Assembly (NCBI RefSeq): GCF_006345805.1
Contig: NC_043001.1
Location: 26,846,001-26,910,000, forward strand
Direction of reading: 5' to 3'
Length of the DNA stretch: 64,000 bases
DNA from: Octopus sinensis
Taxonomy: Eukaryota
Shown here: positions 61,589 through 64,000 of the stretch, piece by piece
How the letters are laid out: the number at the start of each line of letters is the position of its first letter
Numbering within the stretch: the stretch's first letter is position 1
The notes under the pieces: model-generated
Databases searched by the model: none
What the model saw: only the letters and a program-made list of their open reading frames with translations
Told to the model about the DNA's origin: nothing
Position numbers and translations under genes: made by a program

Positions 61589-62103
61589 AATGTTTATATT
61601 TGCAATAGAAGGTATAAATATTAAGATCATAAGATATTTCAGGACTTTGAAAAATCATCTGTCATTTGTCATTTTTGCACATGGTTTTGTTTTGCAGTTT
61701 TTAGTTTGGTGTAAATATATAAAATTGAGTTGTTAACAAATTGTGATCGAATTACATGATCACAAAATTTAGGAAGTGCCTTGATTAATGTTTTTTTGTT
61801 ATTTATAAATAAAATCCCTGGCCCCTCTCCCTCTTTTTTTTTTTTAATTTAAAATTGGTTTAATTTTAAGGAAAAAAAAATCTATTTTACTGTCATTAGG
61901 TAATAAAATAAAACCAAAAGAACTTGACATAAAACAACTTTGAAATGTTTTGTAAATTGTCATCTTTTTAAACACGTCGGCAATCTGTCTCTGGAAAGAC
62001 AATGAATGACTATGTAAATGTAATCTTAATACACTTTTTTAAAAAAAATATGCTTAGATTTTTCAATTTTTTTTTAATAGATATAACTTCAATATATATA
62101 TAT

Positions 62104-62152
<49 letters not shown>

Positions 62153-63870
62153 ACTACCTTATAGCTACATTCAATTAAAATTGAAATCTATATTTTTTAA
62201 AATTTACTGTTTCATGGGATTCTTGTTAAAGCATCATTTAATTTTATAGGCAGTAGTAATAGTTGTTAATCTGTTATATTCACTGTTGATATTTTCTATA
62301 AAGAAAATCTTTATTTTATTAATTATTAGCTTGAACATTCAACACCCACCGCTTTTCCCCAAGACCTTAATAATTTACTTGTCCACTGTTATCAATTTCT
62401 AAGGTGGACTTGCATTATCAATCTAGTGTTATCTCCGACACCATCTGAAAGCTAAATATTGCTTCTAATGAAACCAAAGTTAACCTTTGTTGCTAATTAA
62501 GCACAACTCATTTCTTAAGAACATTCTAGCATAAAACTGATTATTTTTGGGCATTCGCAAAGTTACTCAAAGTTTTGTCTTTCATTATTTATTGTTTTTC
62601 TTATATGCGAAACATTTCTTGTATTTTATAATTATTACTGAACAGTCCTTGCAGAATTCTACTTCGAAATAGTAGTTGATGTCAAGATAAGAAATAATTT
62701 TTTTTCTCAATTGTTAAGGTGACTAAAATTTGTTTTTGAAGATAGACGAACAGTGTATTTATAGTTTGGTACCTCAAAATTGCGCAGCACTTTATAATAT
62801 ATCCAACTAGTTGAACATATTCATTACCTTGCATGGTTTCAATTTTTTTCTCAATGTTTAAGCTACCGGGCACTATTTGTTGTAAAACTTGCACAACACA
62901 GAATTTTTTACAATTATTGAACCAGCAAAACAATCTTTAATGATGTGTGTAATTGGTTTAAATTTACTTTATATGGTATTCAGATGGTCTCCGTTTATCA
63001 TTAGCTAAGTATATAATCAAAATGGCTTTTTCGTGTTGATACCTCGAGATGTTTGGTTTTTCACGGAAATTTAGTCACCGAATTGAAAAACATCGGCAAT
63101 GATCAACTCTGAAGTTATTTTTGTGATGAACATTTGGAAATACTATTAATATAACATGCAATGTTTCTAACCTCAAAATATGACATGAAGATATATATAT
63201 GAGACAAAAACTTATTAAAGTAAAGAATTATGTGTCTAACCTGCTGAATATTGTAATTTTGATATGTGTTTGTTTGCGGGTGTGCAACGGTATAACAATT
63301 CCCCACCATCCCCACTTTTTTTGTTACTTTGGTTGGCAGTTTGTTTTCGCCAAAAAACTTACCTGTTTGATTGAATTGATTAAATTCTTCAATTATGATC
63401 CTAAAAATAACTATATAGTCACTGACATCTGGCTGCTAAGGAATTATTTTCTAATTTATTTAAATGTAAGCAGAGATTTCTCAGCCAGCAACCAGTGCCA
63501 TTTTTGAAATTCTGAGGTAGATTAAATGAGTTGTCAGACGAAATCCTGTTCCAGGCATTGTATTATGCTGTTATTATTCTACTTGTTTAAACTCACCTAA
63601 TTTAGAAAAATGTTCCTGGTTTATGTTAGGAATGGTAACCCTGCTGTAAAACACTTGGACTTCAACATTTAGGTCATGTTGGAATCTGCTGTACAATTTT
63701 ACTTGGATAAACTATTATAAAAATATTTTGAAGAATACCTCCCTCTTTTTTTCTATTTTGGTGGTTTAGATTCAGCAACCACTAATAATCTTAAAGCACC
63801 TTAGCCATTCTTGGTGCAATAGATGAAAACTACATCAGGTGTTCAATAGCTATGCCTAAATATTCTTGAT

Positions 63871-64000
63871 ATCATCATTTAATATGTCTTCCATGCTGGC
63901 ATGGGTGGGTTGGTTGGTTTGACAGGTGGTAAGCTAGAGAACTGCACCAGGTTTCACTGTTTTGACATGGCTTATACACCTGGATGCCCTTTCTAATGCC
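63871..64000 (-). mobile_element. RTE LINE 3' end (runs off the window)
   Basis: atcatcatttaat...ccatgctggcatggg...ctggatgccctttctaatgcc. Confidence 0.65.

Overview
AT-rich, microsatellite- and transposon-dense animal DNA. The tRNA-derived SINE and RTE-LINE families resemble those of Octopus (inference). Two protein-coding genes are supported, in divergent orientation. (1) A complete 10-exon cyclin B3 gene on the minus strand (ATG 52998, stop 36350; 1263 nt, 420 aa; all introns GT-AG with consistent phases). It has a CCAAT + CHR/Myb-type promoter and PBE/CPE motifs in its 3' UTR. (2) An intronless AKAP7-like 2H-phosphoesterase ORF on the plus strand (59732/59825-61588) ending in a polybasic CaaX box. 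The rest is repeats: RTE and CR1/L2 LINE remnants, a Penelope-like element, SINEs, mariner/pogo remnants, piggyBac-, hAT- and Helitron-type non-autonomous elements, a probable solo LTR, a tandem-plus-inverted local duplication and several long hairpins. The most notable signal is a set of type I hammerhead-ribozyme motifs. One lies in a 400-nt, terminally redundant, non-coding unit (21330-21882) that looks like a retrozyme. One lies at the 3' end of the neighbouring Penelope element (about 19149-19193, minus). One lies in a small element with inverted ends (about 6541-6588, minus). Most short ORFs in the supplied track are microsatellite or transposon noise. Repeat boundaries are approximate unless a TSD or TIR is quoted.
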